Assembly: GCA_963792965.1 (NCBI GenBank)
Contig: CAWBYW010000009.1
Coordinates: forward strand, 128,001 to 192,000
DNA length: 64,000 nucleotides
Source: an uncultured delta proteobacterium
Lineage (GTDB): Bacteria; Desulfobacterota; Zymogenia; Zymogenales; Zymogenaceae
Direction: 5' to 3'
The notes under the pieces: generated by a model
The model's input: only the letters and a program-made list of their open reading frames with translations
The model's database searches: none
What the model was told of the DNA's origin: nothing
Position numbers and translations under genes: made by a program
Part shown: piece after piece, positions 31,625-41,329 of the stretch
Numbering within the stretch: position 1 is the stretch's first letter
Layout of the letters: each line of letters begins with the position of its first letter

Positions 31625-33004
31625 TTAGAGCAACTGGTGCTTTTTCATCTTTCTCCAGAGGGTGGACTTATTCAGATTGAGGGCTTGAGCGGTCTTCACT
31701 CTGCTTCCCTTAAAACGAGCGAGTGTCTCCGCGATAACCTGTCTCTCGGCCTCTGCTGTCACGTCTCTGCAGTCGCGCGGATCAGCGGAGATTTGCACTC
31801 CACTCGCAGAAACATCGCCAAGGGTGGCTCCTCCGAATATCTCCTGAGGAAGATCTCTTGCGGTAATCCATTCCGATCGACAGAGAACAGCCCCGTGCTC
31901 GATGATATTTTCCAGTTCCCTCACGTTTCCAGAATAATCGTAGCGCATAAGATGATCCAGCACTTCGTCGCTTACCCCGGCGATCTCCTTGCCCAGCTTC
32001 CGGGACATCTTCTCAACAAAATGATCGATGAGGATTGGGATATCTTCTCTGCGCTCGGAAAGATCGGGAATCCGTAACCTCATTACGTTGAGCCGGAAGT
32101 AAAGATCGGTGCGAAAATTCCCTCGCTCAACCTCCTGTTTGATCTCTCTGTTCGTGGACGCGACAATGCGAACGTCCGCCTTGACCTTCTTGACGGAGCC
32201 GAGGGGCTCATACTCTTTTTCCTGAATCACCCTTAAGAGCTTCACCTGGAGAGCTTGCGGCATTTCTGCGATCTCATCCAGGAGTATGGTGCCACCCCGG
32301 GCAAGCTCGAAACGACCCGGCTTATCCTTGACGGCGTTGGTAAACGCGCCCTTGACATAGCCGAATAGCTCCGATTCAAGCAGGGTGTCGGGGAGCGCAC
32401 CACAGTTGACCGCCACGAACGGGCCGTCTTTGCGGGGTGAGAGATTATGGATTGCCCGGGCGAATAGTTCCTTGCCCGTTCCGCTCTTTCCTTCAATAAG
32501 GACGGTACTCTCGCTTTCGGCTATGTCGGGTAATATATCGAAGATATCAAGGATCTTTCTGTTCTTGCTGATGATGTCTTCGAAGGTGTACTTGGCGGCT
32601 ATCTCCTTCTTCAGCGCCTCGATGACGGAGAGATCGCGAAAGGTTTCGACCCCACCGAGTACAGCTCCCTCCTTATCGCGTAACACGGCGGTGCTGATTG
32701 TTACCGGGATTTTCTCTCCATCGGCGCTGATGATGTCGATTTTTTGATCAATGACTTCCTGACCGGTATCGATAGTCTTCTTCAGAGCGCAATCGTGGGA
32801 GCAGATGCTTGCATGAAAGATATCGTGACATTTTCTCCCGACGGCATCACGACGGGAGACCCCTGTTATCCGCTCCGCGGCGCTGTTGAACGACGTAATG
32901 ATGTTGTCATCGTCGATGGTAAAGACGCCGTCGGCGATGCTATCAAGGATTATGTCGATGAATTCTTCTTTCTGAGTCTCTTTTCCACTTCGTTTATCAC
33001 TCAT
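31625..33004 (-). CDS. PAS-AAA+-Fis sigma54 activator, OrpR-like
   Basis: PAS with three Cys (KCHDIFHASICSHDC), GKSGTGKE, ESELFGYVKGAFT, GNVREL, C-terminal HTH. Confidence 0.92.
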   Translation of the reverse strand: MSDKRSGKETQKEEFIDIILDSIADGVFTIDDDNIITSFNSAAERITGVSRRDAVGRKCHDIFHASICSHDCALKKTIDTGQEVIDQKIDIISADGEKIPVTISTAVLRDKEGAVLGGVETFRDLSVIEALKKEIAAKYTFEDIISKNRKILDIFDILPDIAESESTVLIEGKSGTGKELFARAIHNLSPRKDGPFVAVNCGALPDTLLESELFGYVKGAFTNAVKDKPGRFELARGGTILLDEIAEMPQALQVKLLRVIQEKEYEPLGSVKKVKADVRIVASTNREIKQEVERGNFRTDLYFRLNVMRLRIPDLSERREDIPILIDHFVEKMSRKLGKEIAGVSDEVLDHLMRYDYSGNVRELENIIEHGAVLCRSEWITARDLPQEIFGGATLGDVSASGVQISADPRDCRDVTAEAERQVIAETLARFKGSRVKTAQALNLNKSTLWRKMKKHQLL

Positions 33005-33010
33005 TGTTAT

Positions 33011-33040
33011 AGTATAACAGAAGCATTGCAATATTGCAAT
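33011..33040 (-). promoter_or_regulatory. Sigma70 promoter of the activator gene overlapped by perfect palindrome ATTGCAATATTGCAAT
   Basis: Minus TTGCAA-N17-TATACT; 16-bp palindrome at 33025-33040. Confidence 0.65.
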
Positions 33041-33152
33041 CATTATAAACGCTTCATCGCTCTCATGGCATGATTCATGGTACCTAAACCGAATTCTGCG
33101 CGATTGATTGTCTATTAAAAGAAGAGAACATTGCAATATACTAACGAAAATA

Positions 33153-33264
33153 TGTTACAGAAAGTGTTACAGAAACCGGGGAATTATAGGGCATTCTGGA
33201 GCATCCTATGGAATCGTAAGGAATTGAAAATACAATGATGTCAGTACATTATCGTCATGATTAC
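33153..33264 (+). repeat. att arm (copy B): tandem TGTTACAGAAA plus five 10-bp-phased repeats abutting attR
   Basis: TGTTACAGAAA at 33153 and 33165; accggggaat tatagggcat tctggagcat cctatggaat cgtaaggaat (33175-33224). Confidence 0.8.
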
Positions 33265-33268
33265 GCAA

Positions 33269-33314
<46 letters not shown>

Positions 33315-33329
33315 TAATTTCAATTGGCT

Positions 33330-33353
33330 AAGGGTCATTCGTGACCCTTTCTT
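33330..33353 (+). terminator. Intrinsic terminator after attR
   Basis: AAGGGTCA-TTCG-TGACCCTT followed by TCTT. Confidence 0.65.
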
Positions 33354-33432
33354 ATTGCGTGACGCGACATGCCCCCGAAAACGGGTCCATGTCAGGAGTT
33401 AGGATTTAAGGCAAAATAGACTCTGAAAGGAG

Positions 33433-33662
33433 GGCAAGGTCGGGGATGAGCTGCTTAAAGGTAAGAGCTTCGATACTTTTGTAGAAGCTAAAGTCTTGAC
33501 AGAGAAGTGACGAAGGAAGTATAATCCCGCTGGGATACAGAGTTCTCTTGGGCGCAATCCCCGGATACTCGAAACCATTCTTCCCCGGTCTTCGGAAGGT
33601 GGACACGAAACATGAACCTATGGACTGACGTAGACGGCGGTATCGTTATCAGGGTCAGGTAA
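33433..33662 (+). pseudogene. IS3-family transposase C-terminal relic with probable degenerate right end
   Basis: GKVGDELLKGKSFDTFVEAKVLTEK*RRKYN...SSLG resembles IS3 GK.RDELL...F.TL.EA.VLIE.WR..YN..RPHSSLG; TGA 33508-33510. Confidence 0.7.
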
Positions 33663-33705
33663 CATAAGAGCATAAAATGGCTAATAGAAAGAGGCGAGGC
33701 AAAAG

Positions 33706-35493
33706 ATGACGACTAAGGCAACTATTACTATCAACGGCCGGGAGATCAGCGCAGAGGCGGGAACTACTGTTCTGCAAGCCGCCAGGGAAGCGGACATCTA
33801 TATTCCCACGCTTTGCCACCATCCCGCGCTGTCTCCGGTCGGGGCTTGCCGAATGTGCATCGTGGAGATATTAGGGCAACGTAACTTGCAGACCTCATGC
33901 ACGTTTCCGATAACCGATGGGATGAAGATAGAGACGGAGTCAAAAAGGGTGACCGATGCCCGAAAACTGGTTCTCGATATGATCTTTTCGGAAAGAAATC
34001 ACTTCTGTCCCTATTGTGAGGCCAGCGGCAGTTGTGAGCTGCAGGACCTCGGTTACCGTTACCGAGTCGATCACTGGGCGTTCCCCACGTACACGAAGGC
34101 CTTCCCGCTGGATCCTACCCACAAATATTATCTGATGGAACACAATCGCTGCATCCTGTGCGGGAGATGCTATCGCGCGTGCAACGAGCTCGTGGCCAAT
34201 CATACCCTCGGACTCGGGCAGCGTGGAAGTGAGAGCATGATCTGCGCGGACGGCAACATACCGCTTGGCGAATCTTCCTGCATCTCCTGCGGCACCTGCG
34301 CCCAGGTTTGTCCAACGGGCGCCCTCTTCTATAAGAGAAGCGCCTTTATGGGACGGGACAGCCTGACCGATAAAGTAAAGAGCACCTGCAATCAGTGCGG
34401 CGTCGGCTGCGGTATGGAAGTTATCACCCGCGGCGGGAACGTGTTGCATATCATGGGCGATTGGGACGCCCCGGTTAATAAAGGGTTGCTGTGCAAGATG
34501 GGGCGTTTTGAGCCCCTTTATGATACCCGCGAGAGACTTACCCGGCCCCTTTTGCGCGCCGAAGGAAAGCTCGAGGAAATAAGCTGGGAAAAGGCGATCC
34601 AGACGCTGGCCAAGCAGATTAAGTCGATCAAAACCTCGGAAATAGGGGTGCTTGCGGGCAGCCATTCCTCCAATGAGGCCCTCTACTTAGTCAAGAAGCT
34701 ATTCAATCAGAAATTGCAGGTTACCAATATCGGCCTGATCGACAGCGCGGCGCCCCGGATATTCAACAAAGCCCAGGGCAAGCTGGAAGATATTGCCAAG
34801 AGCGACCTGATTCTCGTCATCGGATCCGATCCGGCAAGCGACCAGCCCGTTGCTTCGTTCATTATTAAGCGTGCCGTGGACCACGGAGCACGGCTGATCG
34901 TCGTTGATGATAAGAAGAACGGCCTGGCTCCGTTTAGCTTCATGAGCGTCGGTATGGCTGATATCGGCAAGGCGATAGAGGTCGCGGCGAGAGCCGATAA
35001 TCCCTTTATTCTCTACGGCACGGGCGTTACCAAGGCCGCCGTAGCCGAGCTCAAGAAGCTGGAAGAGAAAGCAAAATATGTCATAGCCGAATCGGGCGTC
35101 AACACGGTCGCGGCGGTGGCATTGGGATTAAACAACGGGTACAATCCGGCCGCCCTCAAACTGGTGTACGTCTTATTGGGTGATGAAAAATCCGAGGGAG
35201 ATGATCTGTTCAAGAGAATCCCCAAGGGCGCGTACATCGTAGCACAGGCAAGCCATTCATCGCCGCTCACCCAACGGGCCGATCTCGTGTTGCCCGCGTC
35301 GATCTGGTCGGAACAAAACAGTAGCCTGACAAATATCGAAGGAAGGATACAGCATATTAATAAAGCGGTGGAACCTGCAGGCGAATCTAAAGCGGACTGG
35401 GAAGCACTGCAATTGTTGTCGGCAGAACTCGGCACGGATATCGCCGTTTCTTTAGATACAGTTTCAGCCGAAGTGATGAAGTCACTTAACTGA
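33706..35493 (+). CDS. NuoG/HydA-like Fe-S subunit (long HoxU substitute) with degenerate molybdopterin-oxidoreductase domain
   Basis: 2Fe-2S (IPTLC..GACRMC..TSC), HxCxxCx5C, two ferredoxin motifs, extra CNQCGVGC..C, ADLVLP...E...TN.EGRIQ. Confidence 0.8.
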   Translation: MTTKATITINGREISAEAGTTVLQAAREADIYIPTLCHHPALSPVGACRMCIVEILGQRNLQTSCTFPITDGMKIETESKRVTDARKLVLDMIFSERNHFCPYCEASGSCELQDLGYRYRVDHWAFPTYTKAFPLDPTHKYYLMEHNRCILCGRCYRACNELVANHTLGLGQRGSESMICADGNIPLGESSCISCGTCAQVCPTGALFYKRSAFMGRDSLTDKVKSTCNQCGVGCGMEVITRGGNVLHIMGDWDAPVNKGLLCKMGRFEPLYDTRERLTRPLLRAEGKLEEISWEKAIQTLAKQIKSIKTSEIGVLAGSHSSNEALYLVKKLFNQKLQVTNIGLIDSAAPRIFNKAQGKLEDIAKSDLILVIGSDPASDQPVASFIIKRAVDHGARLIVVDDKKNGLAPFSFMSVGMADIGKAIEVAARADNPFILYGTGVTKAAVAELKKLEEKAKYVIAESGVNTVAAVALGLNNGYNPAALKLVYVLLGDEKSEGDDLFKRIPKGAYIVAQASHSSPLTQRADLVLPASIWSEQNSSLTNIEGRIQHINKAVEPAGESKADWEALQLLSAELGTDIAVSLDTVSAEVMKSLN

Positions 35494-35507
35494 GAGGAGA
35501 AGCATAG

Positions 35508-36053
35508 ATGGCAAAAGTCAAGATAGCGACAGACTGGTTAGCAGGCTGCGCAGGATGTCATATGTCGTTGCTCGATATTGATGAGCGTATTGTAGCGTTG
35601 TCGGAGTTGGTCGAATTTACCTCCAGTCCGATCACGGACCTCAAGCATCCGCCCAAAGAAGGGGTGACCGTCGGCATTCTGGAAGGAGCTATCTGCAACA
35701 CTCACAATATTGAAGTCGCCAAGCAGATGCGTGAGCGCTGCGATATCCTCATCGCGGTTGGCGACTGCGCCACGTTCGGTGGTGTTCCGGCCATGCGTAA
35801 TCTCGTGGGTACCGATGTGGCCCTCAGGCGCGCGTATATTGAATCGGAAAGCACGGTTGATGGAGTCATTCCGGATTCCGATGAGCTGGGTAAGCCCCTG
35901 GACATGGTTGTTGGAGTCGATAAGGTAGTCAAAGTTGATCTGTTCATTCCGGGCTGTCCGCCGAGACCGGATGCATTCTTTTATGCATTAACGGAGCTCC
36001 TTGCTGGGCGTACGCCTATCGTCATACCCACCGAAGTATTTACGTACGATTAG
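35508..36053 (+). CDS. hoxY: Group 3 [NiFe]-hydrogenase small subunit (HoxY type)
   Basis: WLAGCAGCHMS, GDCA..GGVP, IPGCPP; 181 aa, single cluster. Confidence 0.9.
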   Translation: MAKVKIATDWLAGCAGCHMSLLDIDERIVALSELVEFTSSPITDLKHPPKEGVTVGILEGAICNTHNIEVAKQMRERCDILIAVGDCATFGGVPAMRNLVGTDVALRRAYIESESTVDGVIPDSDELGKPLDMVVGVDKVVKVDLFIPGCPPRPDAFFYALTELLAGRTPIVIPTEVFTYD

Positions 36054-36065
36054 AGGAGAATATTC

Positions 36066-37493
36066 ATGGGTCGGAAGATAACTATAGAGCCGGTAACACG
36101 TATTGAAGGCCACGGACGTGTAACAATACATCTGGATGATTACGGTGCGGTAGAAAAGACCTTTTTCCACGTCGACGAATTCCGCGGTTTGGAGAAATTC
36201 TGCGAGGGCCGTCCGTATTACGAGATGCCGCAAATTACGCAGCGTATATGCGGAATCTGCCCGATCAGCCATCACCTTGCGGCCTCTAAAGCGTGCGATG
36301 CGATTTCCCGCGTGGAGCCTCCACGCACCGCCAAGCTACTGCGCGAGTTGATGCACATGGGCCAATTTGTACAGTCGCATGGCATGCATTTCTTCCATCT
36401 GGCTGCCCCCGATCTCCTCTTTGGCTTTGATGCCGATCCGGCAACGCGCAACGTTTTCAGAATAATCAAGGAAAATCCGGAACTCGCGCTGAAAGCCGTT
36501 AACATGCGCCGCTACGGTCAGCAGATAATCGAAAGGCTCGGCGGAAAACGCGTCCATGCGAATTTTGCGGTTCCCGGCGGAGTCAATGCCCCACTGACCG
36601 AAGAAAATCGCAAGGCGATCGCATCGGAGCTAAAAACCATGACTACGATCGCACAGGAGGCGATCGGCATAGCCAAGGGATGGCTCGAGGCAAATCACGA
36701 ACTGGCGGCCGTTTTTGCCTCATTTCCTTCAAACTATATGGGAATGGTGGATGAACAGGGAGCGCTCCAACTCTACGACGGCGAAATCCGCGTGAAAGAC
36801 GCTCAGGGCGATTTTCTGGCCCAGTTCAAGCCGGAGTACTATCTATCTTTCATCGCCGAGCACGTTGAGCCGTGGTCATTCTTGAAACACCCGTACCTGC
36901 GTAAGCAGGGCTTCCCCCAGGGCTTCTACCGGGTTGGACCGTTGGGCAGATTGAATGTCATCGATAAGATCAGCACGCCGCTGGCTCAGGAAGAATTCAA
37001 GCTGTTCAAGCAAATAAATGGCGGCAAGCCCGTGGAAGGCTCTCTCTATTATCACTACGCGCGCATGATCGAGGCCCTCTATGGCGTTGAGCGCATCGGG
37101 CAGCTCCTGGATGATCCGGACATTATGTCCAATAATGTTCGCACATATCCTCCGCTTCAGACTGTTCCCGGTCAGGGTGTGGGCGTCATTGAAGCACCGC
37201 GGGGGACACTCTTCCATGACTACAGCACAGATGAAGACAGCCTTTTGACCAGAGTCAATCTCATCGTGGCCACCGGCAATAACAATTGGGCCATGCATAC
37301 TGCCGCGGGGTCGGTGGCAAAGGCTTATGTCGATGGGAGAAAGTTGACTGAAGGAATGTTGAACAGGGTAGAGGCGGCCATTCGCTGCTATGATCCCTGT
37401 TTGTCATGCTCCACGCATGCCATAGGCCAAATGCCGCTTGAAATTACATTGATTGCCGCCGACGGCACCGTTCTTGATCGCATCAGCCGTTAG
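36066..37493 (+). CDS. hoxH: Group 3 [NiFe]-hydrogenase large subunit (HoxH type)
   Basis: TRIEGH, L1 RICGIC, EAPRGTL.H, L2 DPCLSCSTH plus cleavable C-terminal extension. Confidence 0.93.
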   Translation: MGRKITIEPVTRIEGHGRVTIHLDDYGAVEKTFFHVDEFRGLEKFCEGRPYYEMPQITQRICGICPISHHLAASKACDAISRVEPPRTAKLLRELMHMGQFVQSHGMHFFHLAAPDLLFGFDADPATRNVFRIIKENPELALKAVNMRRYGQQIIERLGGKRVHANFAVPGGVNAPLTEENRKAIASELKTMTTIAQEAIGIAKGWLEANHELAAVFASFPSNYMGMVDEQGALQLYDGEIRVKDAQGDFLAQFKPEYYLSFIAEHVEPWSFLKHPYLRKQGFPQGFYRVGPLGRLNVIDKISTPLAQEEFKLFKQINGGKPVEGSLYYHYARMIEALYGVERIGQLLDDPDIMSNNVRTYPPLQTVPGQGVGVIEAPRGTLFHDYSTDEDSLLTRVNLIVATGNNNWAMHTAAGSVAKAYVDGRKLTEGMLNRVEAAIRCYDPCLSCSTHAIGQMPLEITLIAADGTVLDRISR

Positions 37494-37513
37494 GAAATAC
37501 AGATAGTATATCG

Positions 37514-37547
37514 GGCGGATAAGTATGACGCTTACCCGCCTTTTTTT
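37514..37547 (+). terminator. Intrinsic terminator between hoxH and the maturation protease
   Basis: GGCGGATAAG-N7-CTTACCCGCC-T7. Confidence 0.7.
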
Positions 37548-37559
37548 CAGAAAAACAAA

Positions 37560-38045
37560 ATGATTTCTAAGTCAATTGTCATCGGATACGGCAATCGAGA
37601 CCGTGCGGACGACGGTGTTGCGTTTGCGGTAATAAATGAGCTGCGCAGCCAACTGGGGCAGAAAATGCTGGAAGAGGACGACACCGGCCTTGACGATCTG
37701 AATAATGAAAATGACTCAATTTTTATATCCCAACTTGTGCCGGAAATTATGGAGCTGCTCACCGGCTACGATAGAATAGTCTTCGTCGATGCCCATGTCG
37801 GCCCCGATATGGAAGATCTCAACTGCTCTCCGGTCTTACCACAATACATTTCTTCTTCATTTACCCATCACATGACACCGTCGGCGCTCCTGGCGTTTCT
37901 CAACGCTCTGTACCGGCACGAACCGGAAGCGCATCTGGTCTCAATACGCGGCTACGATTTTGATTTTAAGCGAGGCTTTTCGCCTCAGGTCCAGGAGCTT
38001 GTGCAACCGGCCGTGAGCGCCATCCTAAAACTGATAGATCAATAG
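37560..38045 (+). CDS. Hydrogenase maturation protease (HoxW-like)
   Basis: IGYGNRDRADDGV, QLVPE, FVDA, THH..P. Confidence 0.88.
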   Translation: MISKSIVIGYGNRDRADDGVAFAVINELRSQLGQKMLEEDDTGLDDLNNENDSIFISQLVPEIMELLTGYDRIVFVDAHVGPDMEDLNCSPVLPQYISSSFTHHMTPSALLAFLNALYRHEPEAHLVSIRGYDFDFKRGFSPQVQELVQPAVSAILKLIDQ

Positions 38046-38070
38046 AAACTCCGACACGTCTCACATACAG

Positions 38071-38134
38071 TATCGTCATGACGATGCAATGTGGGAGCGG
38101 GGAGTCGGAGGTATAAATCCTCCGGCCCCCTCCA
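38071..38134 (+). repeat. Degenerate second attR (arm motif plus tRNA-Pro 3' half)
   Basis: 38092-38134 matches 19904-19946 at 35/43 positions; preceded by TATCGTCATGAcgatGCAAT like 33250-33269. Confidence 0.8.
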
Positions 38135-38230
38135 CTGATGCCGAGCGCCGCCGGAGATAGATCTTCGCTTATCCGCGGCGTGAGCACGCCGCGTGGCTGT
38201 GGTGTCGCCTTCGCGCATGGGTGAGGTAAC

Positions 38231-41200
38231 TCACGATCTGCCGAGGATGGCCTTCTTGATCCCGCCCTGTTTGATGTCCTCGAGGATCAGGTAGAGACAC
38301 GGAACGATGAAGAGTGTCAGGAGTGTCGAAAACAGCACCCCCCAAAACATCGAGATCGCCATCGGGGCGAGGTACGGTTCTTCCCCTCCGATCCCGAATG
38401 CCATGGGGAAGAGGCCCAAAAGGGTCGTGAGGCTCGTGAGCACGATGGGCCTCAGACGTATCTTGCCCGAATCGATGATTGCGTCGTAGATGTCCGATCC
38501 CTTCGCACGGGCGCGGTTGACGAAATCCACCAGCAGGATGGAGTTATTGACGACGATCCCCATCAGGGCGACGACGCCGATGACCGCGTTCAGGGAAAGG
38601 CCTATTCCCATGATAAAGAGCCCGAACACGACGCCGATGAAGGCAAACGGGATGGCGAGCATGATGATGAAGGGCTGAGAAACGGATTTAAAGAGAAGCG
38701 TCAGCACGATAAACATAATACCCAGCGCCAGGAAAAAAGACTGTATGATTGATCGTAAGGCGTCCTGGGTGTCTTCGTATTCGCCCTTGTAATAGTAGTA
38801 GTACCCCGGGTGGGTGGGGCTTGTTGTGCCAAATTTTTCCTTCAACGCATTGTTGACCGTGGACGAGGTGGTCACGCCCGTGACGACGTCGGCACTGACG
38901 GTGATCGTCCGCTTTCGCTCCGAGTGATGTATTCTCAAGATCCCCCGATCTTTTGAGATGTCGGTCACGCTCCGTATCGGGACACGCCCTCCTGACGGCG
39001 AGGGGACGGTGAAGTTCAGCACGGAAAGCGGCGTCTGGAGCAGCTCCGGGTATTCCACCAATATCTGGATGGTATCTATCCCCCGGTAGATATATCCGGC
39101 TCGTGCCCCGCTCAGGGCGGCATATACCTCGTTGCCCACGAAGGCGGCCGAGAGGCCGACCTTCTTGGCCTGATATTCGTCAACGCCGATGAAATACTCC
39201 TCCTGGCCTCTGCGGAAGTCGCTGTCGATCGAGGTGACCCCCTTCATCTTGTGCAGCTCTCTCATAACCTCTTCGGCCAGCGGCTCAAGGACCCCGAAGT
39301 CATCTCCACGGATTTCCATCGATACCGCCGATCCGGTCGGCGGTCCCTCACGGTTTATGGTATAGGTAATCCTCCTCGGACCAGGGACAAAGTCCGTTTT
39401 CTTGCTAAGCATGGAAGCCAGCTTTTCGGCTCCCGTTTTGAGATATCCGTGCTCCGTAAGGTCGATCGTGACGGCACCGGTATAATCACCAATTTCAGCG
39501 TTACGAGACGGCGCGGCCCTTCCCACCGACGTCTCAAGGGCCGCAACATCCTCTTTGGGGAGCCCGGGGACAAGGCTTTCCACCTGGCGGAGAATCCGAT
39601 CCGTCTCGTCAAGGTTCGTGTCTACGGGGTTGCTGACCGTTGCGGTGAAACGATCGGCAAGGGTCTGTCCCGTTAAGACGAACCTCATCGTAAGAGCTGC
39701 AAGGAGAATGGTAATGACGGCCACGACGTTCAGGCCGATAAAGATGGCGTACCGATGCGCAAGGGCTCGGCCAAGAAGCGCCCCGTAGAATTCGCGAAAA
39801 CGGAGGAACCACTGCTTGGAATCCTCTTTCGTCGCGGCAATAGATACCTTCACAAACTGGTTGAGGTTGCTGGGGAGAATAAAGAACGCCTGGAGTCCTG
39901 AGATGATAAAGGTGACGATCGCAATTTCGGGGATGCTTCTGAGAAACGTGCCGGTGATTCCACTCAACATCAAAAGCGGGATAAGGGATGCTATATTGGT
40001 CGCCTTGGACGCGACAACGGGCAGGACTATCTCGTCTGTCCCGATCGTCGCGGCGTCATAGGTGGAGTATCCCATCTGCCGGTACCGAAAGTAGTTCTCG
40101 GTGACCACGATGGCGTTGTCGGCCACCTCGCCGAGGGCAAGCAGGAGGCCGAACATGGAAAAGAGGTTCATGGTCGTATTGGTGAGATACATATAAATGA
40201 AGGTCGCCAGGAACGAAAACGGGATGGACATGGCGGCCCAGATCGCGAACCGGTAACCGAGAAACAGATTGATAACGACGACGACAAGAAGAAGGCCCAT
40301 GACGCCGTCGTTTAACAGCGTTCTCTGCCTCAGCTGCACCTGTACTGACCTGTCGTGAACCAGTTTGAGGACGGTTCCCTTCGGCACATTCTTACTCTCC
40401 CGGTCCAAGAGGTCGCTGATCTCCTTGACGATCCCGATGACGTCGCCCCCCGCCGTCTTGGTGACCGCCAGGCTGATGGAGCGGTGACCGTCGAGCCTTC
40501 CAATAACCGTCTCCTTTTCAAAGGTATCGGCCACCTTCGCGATATCCCGGAGGTAGGTGACGCCGTCGGGTCCCGACCTGAGGATGATCGCGCCGAAGTC
40601 GGCCGCCGTCGGGGTCTCCCCGCTGGTGCGAACCAGCATTTCCTTTGTGTCAAAATTCACGGTCCCCGCCGGAAGGTTGACATTCCGGTTCATCACCGAA
40701 TCCGCGATGCCCGTCAGCGAGAGGTCAGTTGCGGCAAGCTTCCGCGGATCGACCAGGACGTGTATCTCTCTGTTCCGGTAGCCGGTCAGGTCAACGGTGC
40801 TGATTCCGTCGAGCGCCTCGATTTCGTCGTCGAGGCGCTCGGCGGTGCTGCGCAGCGTCTCTTCCGGAACCGCTCCTCCCACTGCGACCGTCACGACTGG
40901 AAACTCGGGCCTCAGGCGGCGAAAGATGGGAACCTTCGCCGCCGTGGGAAAGGTCTGAATCGTATCGACTTCGTTCTTCAGGTCGTTGAGGAGATTGTCG
41001 AGCTCCGGGCCCTGAACGTCGCTGTTGGCCTGGATCGTGATGAAGGAGAGTCCCTGGGAGCTTACCGAGGTGATTTGCTTGACTCCGCTGACGTCCGCTA
41101 TCGCATTCTCGATCGGGATGGTGATCGCCGTCTCGATCACCTCGGGGGTTGCCCCCGGATAGGTGGTGGTAATGAAGATGTATCCGTAATCGACGGGAGG

Positions 41201-41305
41201 ATAGATCTCTCTCTTGAGCCTCGCAGAAAAAAGTATGCCGAGGATGATCACGGCGGCCGTGATCAGATTGACCACAAGGCGGTTATTCACCCAGAACCGT
41301 ATCAT
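38231..41305 (-). CDS. RND efflux permease (AcrB/AcrD/AcrF family)
   Basis: 1024 aa; YPGATPE.IE..IT.PIE, DNAIVVTEN, GIVVNNSILLVDF, RLRPIVLT. Confidence 0.92.
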   Translation of the reverse strand: MIRFWVNNRLVVNLITAAVIILGILFSARLKREIYPPVDYGYIFITTTYPGATPEVIETAITIPIENAIADVSGVKQITSVSSQGLSFITIQANSDVQGPELDNLLNDLKNEVDTIQTFPTAAKVPIFRRLRPEFPVVTVAVGGAVPEETLRSTAERLDDEIEALDGISTVDLTGYRNREIHVLVDPRKLAATDLSLTGIADSVMNRNVNLPAGTVNFDTKEMLVRTSGETPTAADFGAIILRSGPDGVTYLRDIAKVADTFEKETVIGRLDGHRSISLAVTKTAGGDVIGIVKEISDLLDRESKNVPKGTVLKLVHDRSVQVQLRQRTLLNDGVMGLLLVVVVINLFLGYRFAIWAAMSIPFSFLATFIYMYLTNTTMNLFSMFGLLLALGEVADNAIVVTENYFRYRQMGYSTYDAATIGTDEIVLPVVASKATNIASLIPLLMLSGITGTFLRSIPEIAIVTFIISGLQAFFILPSNLNQFVKVSIAATKEDSKQWFLRFREFYGALLGRALAHRYAIFIGLNVVAVITILLAALTMRFVLTGQTLADRFTATVSNPVDTNLDETDRILRQVESLVPGLPKEDVAALETSVGRAAPSRNAEIGDYTGAVTIDLTEHGYLKTGAEKLASMLSKKTDFVPGPRRITYTINREGPPTGSAVSMEIRGDDFGVLEPLAEEVMRELHKMKGVTSIDSDFRRGQEEYFIGVDEYQAKKVGLSAAFVGNEVYAALSGARAGYIYRGIDTIQILVEYPELLQTPLSVLNFTVPSPSGGRVPIRSVTDISKDRGILRIHHSERKRTITVSADVVTGVTTSSTVNNALKEKFGTTSPTHPGYYYYYKGEYEDTQDALRSIIQSFFLALGIMFIVLTLLFKSVSQPFIIMLAIPFAFIGVVFGLFIMGIGLSLNAVIGVVALMGIVVNNSILLVDFVNRARAKGSDIYDAIIDSGKIRLRPIVLTSLTTLLGLFPMAFGIGGEEPYLAPMAISMFWGVLFSTLLTLFIVPCLYLILEDIKQGGIKKAILGRS

Positions 41306-41329
41306 ACGAGACCCCGGAACATCCTTAGA

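Noticed and set aside
33706-35493. Formate dehydrogenase catalytic subunit
   Set aside because: Too short, and lacks the Mo/W-ligating Cys/Sec-His motif and C-terminal molybdopterin-binding domain
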